DNA of 64,000 bases. Origin: Enteractinococcus sp. GTDB lineage: Bacteria; Actinomycetota; Actinomycetes; Actinomycetales; Micrococcaceae. Below are positions 32,314 through 41,710 of the stretch, in pieces; within the stretch, counting starts at the first letter, position 1; each line of letters begins with the position of its first letter. The notes beneath the pieces were generated by a model. That model was not told where the DNA came from, ran no database searches, and was given only the letters and a program-made list of their open reading frames with translations. The position numbers and the translations under genes are program-made. Where the stretch lies: contig DATBUL010000013.1 of assembly GCA_036516115.1 (NCBI GenBank), positions 6,335 through 70,334 of the forward strand, given 5' to 3'.

Positions 32314-33684
32314 ATGGGCTTTTCTCGGACACAAAGTATTGATGTGGCGCTGCCAACCGAAACCGTATGGGAGCTTTTATCGTCTCCCAGCGCATGGCTG
32401 CAGTTTGATGACCAGTTACAGAAATTCACCCCCGTGAAGATGGCTGGTGATCGACTGCAAGTTGGCGATACGGTCAAGGTGGTCCCGAAAGCACTGATCC
32501 GAGGCTTTATCCACGCAGTGACCGCACCACCGGCCAGGATTGTCACCGCGCGAAAAGGCCACGAGATCGCGTGGCGCCAGGACCAACCGGGCGGACACAC
32601 CCAACAGCGCTGGACGATTCACTCCACCGACGACGGCGGGACAAACCTCACTCGCCACACAGAAGTCGTCGGACCCCTGTCGGCTCCTCTCGGGGCTGCC
32701 CTCGCCGATCCTCTCGCAGGAGATATCGGCGCCGTTGGGGCGCGCATGTTCAAGATGGCCGGCACCCCCGATCGGGAGCAGCCCCTGAACATTATTGCCG
32801 GAGGCTCTGGATATCTGGGTTCCCGGTTGGCAACGCGTCTGCTAGCGTCCGGAAAACGGGTGATGGTGTTGACTCGAAGGCCACAATCCGGCGTCGCCTA
32901 TCCACAGACTCGCTGGGCGGAAGACGATCTCGTCCCACTGCATGAATTGCTCATGGATGACGCAGGATTTAATATCATCAACCTGGTCGGCCGCCGGATC
33001 GGCGCAAAATTCACTGCCCAAGAAGTCGACGCCCTAGCCGCCTCACGTATCCCGCCCACAGAAACATTAAGCAGAGCGGTCAGGACCGCAGAGCATCAGG
33101 GAGGCAAACTCCATCGGTGGATCCAGGGCAGCGCTGTGCCAATGTGGGATCCTAAATCCACCGCCGAATTCACAGAGGAAACCTCTCCCACCGCGGCACA
33201 AGATGGACCAGACGGTATGGGACAGCTGGTGGCTGATTGGGAAGCAGCCGCACCAAAGGGCGCAATCATCGTACGGAGCGGGGTTGTCTTAGGACCGCAA
33301 ACCGAAATCATCATGGGACTGGCCGCTATGGCGATGTCCAAGACGCGACCTAATATTGACGGGTTCCTGCCCTGGATCCACGAGGATGACTGGGTTGGAA
33401 TTATCGAGCATTTATTGACGATGCCTCGTCCACCCAAGGTCATAGTGGCCGTTGCACCCCAACAAACGCGTCTATCAGAAGTTATTACAGCGTTGGCCCC
33501 CGGTCTTGGCACACGCAGCGTCCCGGTTCCGGCCAAAGTGTTGTCCATTGGGATGAATATCATTCGGATGGAGCCCGGCATGTTGATGGGCAGCACGCGG
33601 GCACGATCGGAAGTACTGGAAGACTCTGGATATCACTTCAAGTACCCCACGATTGCTGAGGCTGCTGACGCAGTTACGCTGTAG
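32314..33684 (+). CDS. SRPBCC domain fused to NAD-dependent epimerase (DUF1731-type)
   Basis: N-terminal SRPBCC-like region, then IAGGSGYLG, PWIHEDD, GYHFKYPTI. Confidence 0.75.
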   Translation: MGFSRTQSIDVALPTETVWELLSSPSAWLQFDDQLQKFTPVKMAGDRLQVGDTVKVVPKALIRGFIHAVTAPPARIVTARKGHEIAWRQDQPGGHTQQRWTIHSTDDGGTNLTRHTEVVGPLSAPLGAALADPLAGDIGAVGARMFKMAGTPDREQPLNIIAGGSGYLGSRLATRLLASGKRVMVLTRRPQSGVAYPQTRWAEDDLVPLHELLMDDAGFNIINLVGRRIGAKFTAQEVDALAASRIPPTETLSRAVRTAEHQGGKLHRWIQGSAVPMWDPKSTAEFTEETSPTAAQDGPDGMGQLVADWEAAAPKGAIIVRSGVVLGPQTEIIMGLAAMAMSKTRPNIDGFLPWIHEDDWVGIIEHLLTMPRPPKVIVAVAPQQTRLSEVITALAPGLGTRSVPVPAKVLSIGMNIIRMEPGMLMGSTRARSEVLEDSGYHFKYPTIAEAADAVTL

Positions 33685-34420
33685 GCGGCGCATGCTCGGC
33701 CAGCCACCGGCTATACAGCGGTCCGATCCGTTGTGCCTGCGGCCCGGGAACACAAATACCTTTACGGAACGCCCGTCCTAGTTTCCCAGGCATCGGTAAC
33801 GGCAAGATAACTTGGCGTCTGGTGGGTAATTGTTTCGTCATATCCCAAAGCGTCATGGTTTCTGGACCCGCCAGCTCTACTGAGTCGCCGATCCGCCCGC
33901 CAACAGCAACGTCAGCGATCACCTCGGCGACCGCCTCCAGGGCCACCGGTTGGATGGTCATCTGTGGCACCAATGAAACTGGGCCGACTTTGAGTCGGAC
34001 GAGATTTTGTGCGGCAAATTCAAACCACTGCGTGCTGCGAATAATGGTCAGCTTGTCGCTTTCGCTTCGAGCGACGCGTTCCTGGGCGGCTTTGCCCGCG
34101 AAGTATCCGTATCCTTGAACCTCTGGTCGCTCGCAATTGACGATGGACAGCAAAATATGGTGAGCCCCATGATGTTGTGCTGCCGCGGCTAGGGCCCGTG
34201 TCGAACGAGTGAAGAACTCGGTAGCAGTTTTCCTGCTCGTGGTAAATCGCCCAGTGGCTTCAATAACGACGTCGAATCCCGCCAGACGCAGGGTGGCGTT
34301 GTCCTGGAGCACGTCGAATCCGGTAGAACGTGATAATAATTCGGCTGTTGCTCCACGATCGAGCAGGGCTTGTTTGATGGCCTTGCCTGATATTCCTCCA
34401 CCAACGACCGCGACTCGCAT
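33674..34420 (-). CDS. Atypical SDR / NAD(P)H-binding protein
   Basis: VAVVGGGISG, LSIVN, YFAGKAAQE, RSTQWFEF. Confidence 0.85.
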   Translation of the reverse strand: MRVAVVGGGISGKAIKQALLDRGATAELLSRSTGFDVLQDNATLRLAGFDVVIEATGRFTTSRKTATEFFTRSTRALAAAAQHHGAHHILLSIVNCERPEVQGYGYFAGKAAQERVARSESDKLTIIRSTQWFEFAAQNLVRLKVGPVSLVPQMTIQPVALEAVAEVIADVAVGGRIGDSVELAGPETMTLWDMTKQLPTRRQVILPLPMPGKLGRAFRKGICVPGPQAQRIGPLYSRWLAEHAPPTA

Positions 34421-34505
34421 GGTTGGTTCCTCCCACCAAAGCAAACACTTCTATGCACCGCAGATGGTGTTTATCCTAGGAGATCACTGGCAGATGAACA
34501 ATGCA

Positions 34506-34548
34506 TTCAGCGCCACTACCGAAGCCGACCGTCGGTAATGGCGCTGAA
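34506..34548. terminator. Stem-loop downstream of the alcohol dehydrogenase
   Basis: TTCAGCGCCACTACCGA / TCGGTAATGGCGCTGAA. Confidence 0.65.
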
Positions 34549-34567
34549 GCCACAGTGGGTTACAGAC

Positions 34568-35512
34568 TTACTCGGCGACCTTTGCGACGAGTCGGCCGGT
34601 CACTTCGCCGCGCTTGAGGCGATCAACGCCGTCGGCGATTTCTTCAAAATCAATCAGCGTCAACGTTGGCTCTAGATCACCGGATGCGATCCATTTCATG
34701 ACGGAAGCGATGTCATCTTTGGAGCCACCGTTGGATCCGACCAGTTCGACCTGGCCGAGAATCATGGCGTTGGTGTCGATGTTGGCTTCAAGTTTGCCCA
34801 TGCCGACCAGCACAACGCGGCCCTGGAATTTTACGGTCTGAACGGCTTCATTGGTGGTGGTACCGAATCCGGCGAAGTCGATGATGACATCGAGTTCATC
34901 GTCTTTGAATTCGGAGATCGATTTGGCGACTTTGACCGCACCGCCAGCTTTGGCCTGGTCCCAGACGTCTTCTTTGATTTCGGCAACATAGACTTCGGCG
35001 CCTTCGAGGTGCGCCAAACGGGCACCGATCTGGCCGAGTCCACCAAATCCGATGATGCCGACCTTCATGCCGGCTTTGACGCGGCCCTTGCCGAAGACTG
35101 CTCCGGCGGAGGTCATACCGGCGTCGGTGGCAGCGGCGGCTTGTTCAAAGGAAATGCCTTCTGGCATGGCGACCAGCTGATCTGGGTCGACTTCGGCTTT
35201 AGCTTCCCAGCCACCGTTGACGCCGTAGCCGAATGGGCCGATCATGGGCCAGACAGCGACTTTGTCACCGACTTTCCAGTCGGTGACACCGTCGCCAACT
35301 TCGGAAACGATGCCAGAGGTTTCGTGGCCTGGAACGACCGGCATTTCTTTCATCAGGCCCATCCAGCCTTCGTCTTCGAGAATACCGACGTCGGAGTGGC
35401 AAAGACCTGCGGCCTGCACCTCGATGACAACCTTGCCCGCTGAGGCTTTTGGTTCGTCGATGTCAACGCGTTCAAAGGGTTTACCGGTTCCGTGGAAATA
35501 CCAAGCTTTCAT
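34568..35512 (-). CDS. Zinc-binding alcohol dehydrogenase (MDR family)
   Basis: GLCHSD, PGHE, GFGGLG; the four-Cys structural-zinc loop is absent. Confidence 0.88.
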   Translation of the reverse strand: MKAWYFHGTGKPFERVDIDEPKASAGKVVIEVQAAGLCHSDVGILEDEGWMGLMKEMPVVPGHETSGIVSEVGDGVTDWKVGDKVAVWPMIGPFGYGVNGGWEAKAEVDPDQLVAMPEGISFEQAAAATDAGMTSAGAVFGKGRVKAGMKVGIIGFGGLGQIGARLAHLEGAEVYVAEIKEDVWDQAKAGGAVKVAKSISEFKDDELDVIIDFAGFGTTTNEAVQTVKFQGRVVLVGMGKLEANIDTNAMILGQVELVGSNGGSKDDIASVMKWIASGDLEPTLTLIDFEEIADGVDRLKRGEVTGRLVAKVAE

Positions 35513-35642
35513 GCTGAACTCCTGTATAGTGCTGTTGCTCTCGTTATGAATGGTACGTTGCATTGAGATGTGACCATGCTCAGGTCTCATTGTCTCAGTT
35601 CACGGCGAAGAATTGCTGAATTCTTCGTCAACACAGGCTGTC

Positions 35643-37658
35643 TTATACAGTTTTGGAAGTCTGCTGTGTCCGATGTTCGAAACGCGGTTCCGTGCTGGGT
35701 TCGGACAGTAACGTCGTGGTGTTGCGATGCTTTCGCAGAAGCCGCATGGCGTTGAGGATGACGATCAACACCGATCCTTCGTGGACCAACATGCCCAGTG
35801 CCATGGTGACGTTGCCAGCAAATACTCCCACCAGCAGCGCGACCACCGTGGCCAGTGCGATGACGATGTTTTGTTTCATCACGAGGTTGGTGCGTTTGGC
35901 CAGGCTGATGGCTTCGGGCAGTTTCAGCAGGTTATCCCCCATCAAGGCAATGTCAGCCGTTTCAATGGCCACGGCTGAACCGGCGGCTCCCATGGCAACC
36001 CCAATATCTGCTGTTGCCAGAGCCGGGGCGTCATTGACGCCGTCGCCTACCATCGCCACGGTGTGACCCTGCCGTTGCAGCTTGGTCACTGCGTCGAGTT
36101 TGTCTTCTGGCAGCAGCGACGCGTGAATTTCGTCGATGCCGGTCGCTTTCCCAATGGCTTCGGCCACTAGGTGGGTGTCACCGGTGAGCATGACGACTTT
36201 CGAGACGCCGGTGTCATGGAGCTGTTTGATCATCGCCGGAGCGTCTGCCCGGATTTGATCTGCCACGGCGACGACGCCAATGATGTGAGCATCGACGGCG
36301 ACGATCATCGGAGTCTTCCCCGCGCTTGCAAAAGAATCTGCCGCAGCTGTCGCTTCGAGCAGTCCCTCGACCTCATGGTCAGCCATAAGGGCTGGGTTTC
36401 CGATCAGAATCTGGTGACCGTCAACGTCAGCGACAACACCTTTACCGACCACTGGTGTGACATCTTCCGGTAGGTTTACTGGTGCTACACCGCGTTCGGC
36501 TGCGGCCTGCAGAATCGGGGTTGCCAGCGGGTGCTCAGAACCCGCTTCGGCGGCGGCAGCCCACGCCAAGACCTCGTCCTTCGTCATAGTGGGGCTCAGC
36601 ACGAACACATCAGTGAGTTTGGGCTTTCCTTCGGTCAGCGTACCGGTCTTATCTACAGCGACCGCAGAGATCTTCCCGGAGGTCTCCAGATACTCGCCAC
36701 CCTTGATCAGGATGCCGTTGCGTGCGGCTCGACCGATACCGGCCACGATCGCGACGGGAATCGAAATGACGAGGGCACCCGGGCAACCAATCACTAATAA
36801 GGTCAGTGCCAACACGACGTCCTGGGTGATCAGTCCGGCAAGTAGTGCCAGAATCATGACCGCCGGGGTGTACCACGTAGAAAACCGGTCAATAAACGCT
36901 TGGGTCTTTGCCTTCGCGTCTTGGGCTTCTTCGACCCGGTGAATGATGCGTGCCAAGGTGGTATCGGCACCAATGCCGGTGGCCTCAACCTGGAGAAACC
37001 CTCCGTTTGAAATGGTCCCCGCATACACTAAGTCCCCTTGGGATTTTTCAACAGGAATGGATTCGCCGGTGATCGAGGCTTCATCGATCGAACCGGTTCC
37101 GGCAAGCACTACGCCATCGACCGGTACTTTGGCACCGTTTTTGACTAACACGGTTTCGCCGCTTGCTACCTCGTGTGCAGGGATTTCATATTGCGTTCCC
37201 TCACGTAGTACTACCGCGGTATCTGGAGCGACCGCGACCAATTCGGCCAGGGCGGAACGAGTCTTATTCATGGTGCCAGCCTCAAGAGCATGACCAATCG
37301 AGAATAAGAAGGTGACGGCGGCGGCTTCCCAGAAGTTCCCGATGATAATCGCACCGATGGCAGCGACGGAAACGAGCAGGTCAATACTGATCATCTTGGT
37401 GCTGAGCGCTCGAACTGCCGAGATAAGAATTTGATAGCCGGCTACCACAGCTGCAATGAGCATGAAGAGGTTTGCCAAGGTGAATTCATCTAGGCCATGG
37501 TGTGCGTGAGCGCCGGCATCTACCCACCAGCGTGGTCCAAAGATAACGTTGAATGCGCCGTCGGCCAGGTGCTCAACCGCAAATGATGCGATGATCAACA
37601 ACCCTGAGATGGCCGGGATGGCCCATTTCCCGCGCAACCATGCTTGAAGCTTGTGCAA
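35643..37658 (-). CDS. Heavy-metal P1B-type ATPase
   Basis: TGES, CPGAL, DKTGTLT, SEHPL, GDGVNDAP; no N-terminal HMA domain. Confidence 0.94.
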   Translation of the reverse strand: MHKLQAWLRGKWAIPAISGLLIIASFAVEHLADGAFNVIFGPRWWVDAGAHAHHGLDEFTLANLFMLIAAVVAGYQILISAVRALSTKMISIDLLVSVAAIGAIIIGNFWEAAAVTFLFSIGHALEAGTMNKTRSALAELVAVAPDTAVVLREGTQYEIPAHEVASGETVLVKNGAKVPVDGVVLAGTGSIDEASITGESIPVEKSQGDLVYAGTISNGGFLQVEATGIGADTTLARIIHRVEEAQDAKAKTQAFIDRFSTWYTPAVMILALLAGLITQDVVLALTLLVIGCPGALVISIPVAIVAGIGRAARNGILIKGGEYLETSGKISAVAVDKTGTLTEGKPKLTDVFVLSPTMTKDEVLAWAAAAEAGSEHPLATPILQAAAERGVAPVNLPEDVTPVVGKGVVADVDGHQILIGNPALMADHEVEGLLEATAAADSFASAGKTPMIVAVDAHIIGVVAVADQIRADAPAMIKQLHDTGVSKVVMLTGDTHLVAEAIGKATGIDEIHASLLPEDKLDAVTKLQRQGHTVAMVGDGVNDAPALATADIGVAMGAAGSAVAIETADIALMGDNLLKLPEAISLAKRTNLVMKQNIVIALATVVALLVGVFAGNVTMALGMLVHEGSVLIVILNAMRLLRKHRNTTTLLSEPSTEPRFEHRTQQTSKTV

Positions 37659-37745
37659 GTTCCTCGCCCCTTTCGTAGTAAGTCAACAGTATGTAGTCAG
37701 AAATCGGGTGGCTAGCTGGTTGAGCAAGCCACCCGAGATTGGTTG

Positions 37746-37976
37746 TTAGAACGCTGATGGTTTCGCGGTGTAGCCCGCTTTGGCTACCGCATCGACCAGA
37801 TCATCCACCGAGGATTGCGCCTCGTCATGGTCAACTTCGATGCGCGAGCTGGCGAAATGCACGGTGACGTCGTTGACGCCGGGGAGTTTGATGACGCGCT
37901 TTTCGATCTTGGTGACACATGATGGGCAGGAGAAGCCTTCGGCACGAAGCAGAGTGTGAGTGTTTGGGGTGGTCAT
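37746..37976 (-). CDS. HMA-domain metal chaperone
   Basis: GFSCPSC motif, 76 aa. Confidence 0.9.
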   Translation of the reverse strand: MTTPNTHTLLRAEGFSCPSCVTKIEKRVIKLPGVNDVTVHFASSRIEVDHDEAQSSVDDLVDAVAKAGYTAKPSAF

Positions 37977-38063
37977 GGTGTGTTCCTTTCCATATACTTT
38001 CGAATTCTTCTCCTCAACTTCTGAGGATTTATCTTTAGATTATCCAGTGGCTGATCAAAGAGC

Positions 38064-38079
38064 CTTGACGAACGTCAAG
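38064..38079. promoter_or_regulatory. FNR-type operator
   Basis: Palindrome CTTGAC-GAAC-GTCAAG between the divergent HMA and Crp/Fnr genes. Confidence 0.75.
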
Positions 38080-38111
38080 CCGGATGTGCTGGGCTGTTGT
38101 ACCCTGACAGC

Positions 38112-38828
38112 ATGCGGGAATTACCAATTCGAGATATCACCGGCCACGACGATAATTGTGTTCGAAGAGTCCCCATCTTTGCTGGACTGACCCCAGAACA
38201 ACAAGACACTGTGGCTACGATGGCCCACCCGCAGATCCTGGAGGATGGCGAATTGGTCCATGGTGTGGGTGAACGCACGGGCAAAATGTTTGTGGCGCAT
38301 TCAGGCCAGGTCAAGCTCAGTCGCATATTGCCCAGTGGTCGCAAATTATTATTACGCGTAGCACACCCCGGCGAAACGATAGGAGAGCATACGTTTCTCA
38401 GTGGGAGTCCGACACTTGATGAGGCCGAAGCTCATGCCGGTGCGCGGTTATGTGTTTTCGTACACGACGATTTAACGAAATTGATACAACGCTACCCCGA
38501 TATTGCGCACCGCATGATGCGCACCCTGGGGCAACGACTCGCCCAGACCGAACGTCAGTTGGCGTTGAATACCCAAAGTGTGGATGTACGGCTCGCCGAT
38601 TACCTGCTGCAGTTGCCCATGCTGCGCAACACACCAGGTGCCCAACCGTTACGGGTGCAATTACCGCTCAATAAACAAGATATCGCCTCGCTGTTGGGGA
38701 CCACCCCGGAGTCTTTGAGTCGTGCACTTTCCCGGCTGCGAACCAAAGACCTCATCAGCATTGATGACAGCACCGTGACGTTGGTTGACCCTGATGGACT
38801 CGAAGCTTTAGTGGCCGGCGCCCACTAG
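38112..38828 (+). CDS. Crp/Fnr-family regulator (Flp-like)
   Basis: CVRRVPIF, cNMP-binding fold, HTH DIASLLGTTPESLSR. Confidence 0.92.
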   Translation: MRELPIRDITGHDDNCVRRVPIFAGLTPEQQDTVATMAHPQILEDGELVHGVGERTGKMFVAHSGQVKLSRILPSGRKLLLRVAHPGETIGEHTFLSGSPTLDEAEAHAGARLCVFVHDDLTKLIQRYPDIAHRMMRTLGQRLAQTERQLALNTQSVDVRLADYLLQLPMLRNTPGAQPLRVQLPLNKQDIASLLGTTPESLSRALSRLRTKDLISIDDSTVTLVDPDGLEALVAGAH

Positions 38829-39901
38829 CGGTATGCGCGGTGATATTGCGCCGGGACTGGCAGTTCCTTGTGACGAAGCACTTGCGCCGTGTGGATTGGG
38901 AAGTCTGCATTGCGCAATGATTCCCGTCCAACCAACACCACATCCGCTTGGTCGGTGGCCAAAATGTGCTCTGCTTGAAACGGTTGGGTAATCAGCCCGA
39001 CCGCTGCGGTTGGCACACCGGTGCGCTGCCGGATCTCTTGGGCAAAGGGTACCTGGTATCCCGGACCAGCCGGAATTTTCGCGGGGAGGTTGGAGCCGGA
39101 TGAGACATCGATCAGATCCACGCCGTGTTCGGAAAGCCACTGGACGAGTTGGACTGTGTCGTCAATCGTGAGGCCCTCCTCCACCCAATCGACCGCGGAA
39201 AGCCGGACCACAAGGGGCATATCTGTTGGGATGTCTTCACGTAGCGCATCGACAACCTGCAGTAAGAAGCGCGCACGGTTTTCCAGTGAGCCGCCATATT
39301 CATCGTCGCGAATATTGCTGAGCGGTGAGAGGAATTCGTGGAGTAAATAACCATGCGCCCCGTGGATTTCGATGAAATCAAAGCCAGCGTCGACGGCGCG
39401 ACGTGCAGCGGCTCGAAATGTCGCGATGAGCTCATCGATACCGGCTTGATCAAGCGCCTTTGGCACAGCCAGCTCTGGGTAGGCAACCGCCGAGGGTGCT
39501 ACGGTCTGCCAACCGCCCTCAGTATGTGGCACCGTGCCGGAATGGTCGTAGTCAAATGGCCGATACGTGCTGGCTTTGCGACCGGCATGAGCCAATTGGA
39601 TACCGGCTTTTGCGCCCTGGGACTGCATAAAACGCACGATCGGGGCAAGTGCGTCACGCTGGTGGTCGTTCCATAGCCCCAGGTCGTAGGGCGAGATGCG
39701 ACCTTCGGGAGTCACAGCGGTCGCTTCCACGATGACGGCGCCTGCTCCCCCACGGGCTAAACCGCCCAGGTGAACCATGTGCCAATCGGTTGCCACGCCG
39801 TCCTGAGCTTCGGCACTATATTGGCACATCGGAGGAACCCACAGCCTATTGCGAGCAGTCATACCGCGTAGGGTGATGGGTTCGAATACGAGTCGTGACA
39901 C
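38825..39901 (-). CDS. NADH:flavin oxidoreductase (Old Yellow Enzyme, YqjM-like)
   Basis: PMCQYSA, QLAHAGRKAS, HGAHGYLLHEFLSP. Confidence 0.93.
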   Translation of the reverse strand: MSRLVFEPITLRGMTARNRLWVPPMCQYSAEAQDGVATDWHMVHLGGLARGGAGAVIVEATAVTPEGRISPYDLGLWNDHQRDALAPIVRFMQSQGAKAGIQLAHAGRKASTYRPFDYDHSGTVPHTEGGWQTVAPSAVAYPELAVPKALDQAGIDELIATFRAAARRAVDAGFDFIEIHGAHGYLLHEFLSPLSNIRDDEYGGSLENRARFLLQVVDALREDIPTDMPLVVRLSAVDWVEEGLTIDDTVQLVQWLSEHGVDLIDVSSGSNLPAKIPAGPGYQVPFAQEIRQRTGVPTAAVGLITQPFQAEHILATDQADVVLVGRESLRNADFPIHTAQVLRHKELPVPAQYHRAYR

Positions 39902-40021
39902 TTGGGGTTACCTCACGTAGATCGTCCGGTTGTGGTTCCATAGCGGATCGTATCAGTTCCCACCCCACGCCTGCTCACGGGGCGTTGCACCGCGTGATAG
40001 CTGAGAACCGACGTCACGGTC

Positions 40022-40429
40022 CTAGGTCATGCTGCCCAGGGGCACCAGATAACTGCGAATAGTCTTGATCTTGGCGGTCTTGGAGTGACCCGCAAAGATC
40101 AACACATGGTTAAAGCCCAACGCTGTACCGTCTCGAAATTCCAAGGTTCCGTCGGCGCCGCAGTCGGTGCCATGGGTGATGACAGTGGTCAGGCTCAGCG
40201 ATTTCACCCCGGACTGTTGGTCCAGCCAGGTTTGGACAGCGTCGCTACCCTGCAGGGTCTCGGTACCCACAACGTGCCATTCAACGTCGTCGCGGAGGTG
40301 TTCCAGGACTTGTTGGGTGTCACGTTGGTATAAGGCTACGAGAAAATCTCGGATGATGGCTTTGCGGGGCGCGTTGCCGCAGTGTTCGGGAATATCGATC
40401 ACTTCGAGTGTGGTGGATGATTCGGCCAT
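40022..40429 (-). CDS. SnoaL/NTF2-like protein
   Basis: CGNAPRK, DDVEWHVVG, VITHG, KIKTIRSY. Confidence 0.75.
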   Translation of the reverse strand: MAESSTTLEVIDIPEHCGNAPRKAIIRDFLVALYQRDTQQVLEHLRDDVEWHVVGTETLQGSDAVQTWLDQQSGVKSLSLTTVITHGTDCGADGTLEFRDGTALGFNHVLIFAGHSKTAKIKTIRSYLVPLGSMT

Positions 40430-40524
40430 ATTGCTCAGCCTCCTTTCGACAATACAAATGGTCAGGAGATGTTCTACCTCCTGACCTCTTTCTTAGCAAC
40501 TGTGTGACCGATTCACCAACCCCG

Positions 40525-41640
40525 TTAGGCCCCCGAGCCAATGAGTCGCTCGGTCTGGGCGTCAAAGAACAAGATGCGTTGCGGATCGGCCAACAGGCTG
40601 ATGCGCTCGCCGACCTGCGGGTCTTGATCTTTGCCGATGCGGGCCACCAGGCGTGGACCATCTGGGCTGCCGTGCACCGGACCATAGACGTAGGTGTCGG
40701 AGCCTACCGATTCCACCAATTCGATGTTCATGGTGATTTGATCCGTGTCACCCTCCGGATCCAGGATGGCCTCTTCGGGTACGAAGAGATCTTCTGGTCG
40801 GACACCAACGACGACGTCGTCGTGAGCAAATTCCAAATCCGCTGGGACCGGCACGACGTTGCGTCCGATGCGCACGTGACGGCCCGTGCCATTGGATTCC
40901 ATGGTCCCGGGCATCAGGTTCATGGTCGGTGAGCCGATAAAGCTTGCTACAAACAGTGTTTCTGGTCGGTTGTAGAGGTCTTTGGGTCGACCAACCTGTT
41001 CGATGTGTCCATCGTTCATGACGACGACGCGGTCGCCCATGGTCATCGCCTCGGTCTGATCGTGGGTCACGTAAACGGTGGTCACGCCCAGGCTGCGTTG
41101 GAGCTGCAGGATTTGACCACGGGTTTGGACCCGGAGTTTGGCGTCGAGGTTCGACAGCGGCTCGTCCATCAAAAAGACCTGCGGGTTGCGAACAATCGCG
41201 CGTCCCATGGCGACACGTTGGCGTTGTCCACCGGAAAGTTGCCGGGGTTTGCGATCAAGGTATTGGTCGATGTCGAGTAGTTCGGCGGCCTTCTGGATGC
41301 GTGCGGTGCGCTCTTGTTTGGGCATTTTGGCGTTTTTGAGCGCAAATTCCATATTGCCGGCCACGGTCATGTGGGGATATAGTGCATAGTTTTGGAACAC
41401 CATGGCGATGTCACGTTCAGCGGCCGGTACGGTGGTCACGTCATCGTCATCAAATGTCACGGTGCCTTCGGTGGGCAGTTCCAGTCCGGCCAGCATGCGC
41501 AAGGTGGTGGATTTACCGCAGCCAGAAGGGCCGACCAACACGAGGAATTCGCCGTCGTCGATGGACAGGTTGATGTTTTCGACCGCGTTGCGTGCGGCGC
41601 CTGGGTAGCGCAGGCCGACGTTTGAGAGTGTGACGCGCAT
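40525..41640 (-). CDS. Sugar/glycerol-3-phosphate ABC ATPase (UgpC/MalK-like)
   Basis: GPSGCGKST, LSGGQRQRVAMGRA, DEPLSNLDAKLR; AAGGAG RBS before ATG 41640. Confidence 0.93.
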   Translation of the reverse strand: MRVTLSNVGLRYPGAARNAVENINLSIDDGEFLVLVGPSGCGKSTTLRMLAGLELPTEGTVTFDDDDVTTVPAAERDIAMVFQNYALYPHMTVAGNMEFALKNAKMPKQERTARIQKAAELLDIDQYLDRKPRQLSGGQRQRVAMGRAIVRNPQVFLMDEPLSNLDAKLRVQTRGQILQLQRSLGVTTVYVTHDQTEAMTMGDRVVVMNDGHIEQVGRPKDLYNRPETLFVASFIGSPTMNLMPGTMESNGTGRHVRIGRNVVPVPADLEFAHDDVVVGVRPEDLFVPEEAILDPEGDTDQITMNIELVESVGSDTYVYGPVHGSPDGPRLVARIGKDQDPQVGERISLLADPQRILFFDAQTERLIGSGA

Positions 41641-41665
41641 CGTGTGCGTGCTCCTTGAGGTCAAT

Positions 41666-41696
41666 GCGGCGGGGGCGCTGGTGGTGCCCCCGCCGC
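41666..41696. other. GC-rich hairpin between the SBP and ATPase genes
   Basis: GCGGCGGGGGCGC...GTGCCCCCGCCGC; probably stabilises the SBP mRNA. Confidence 0.55.
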
Positions 41697-41710
41697 GCTA
41701 GAGGATTGAA

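Noticed and set aside
32314-33684. SRPBCC-epimerase fusion as a novelty
   Set aside because: Similar fusions are familiar in actinobacteria.
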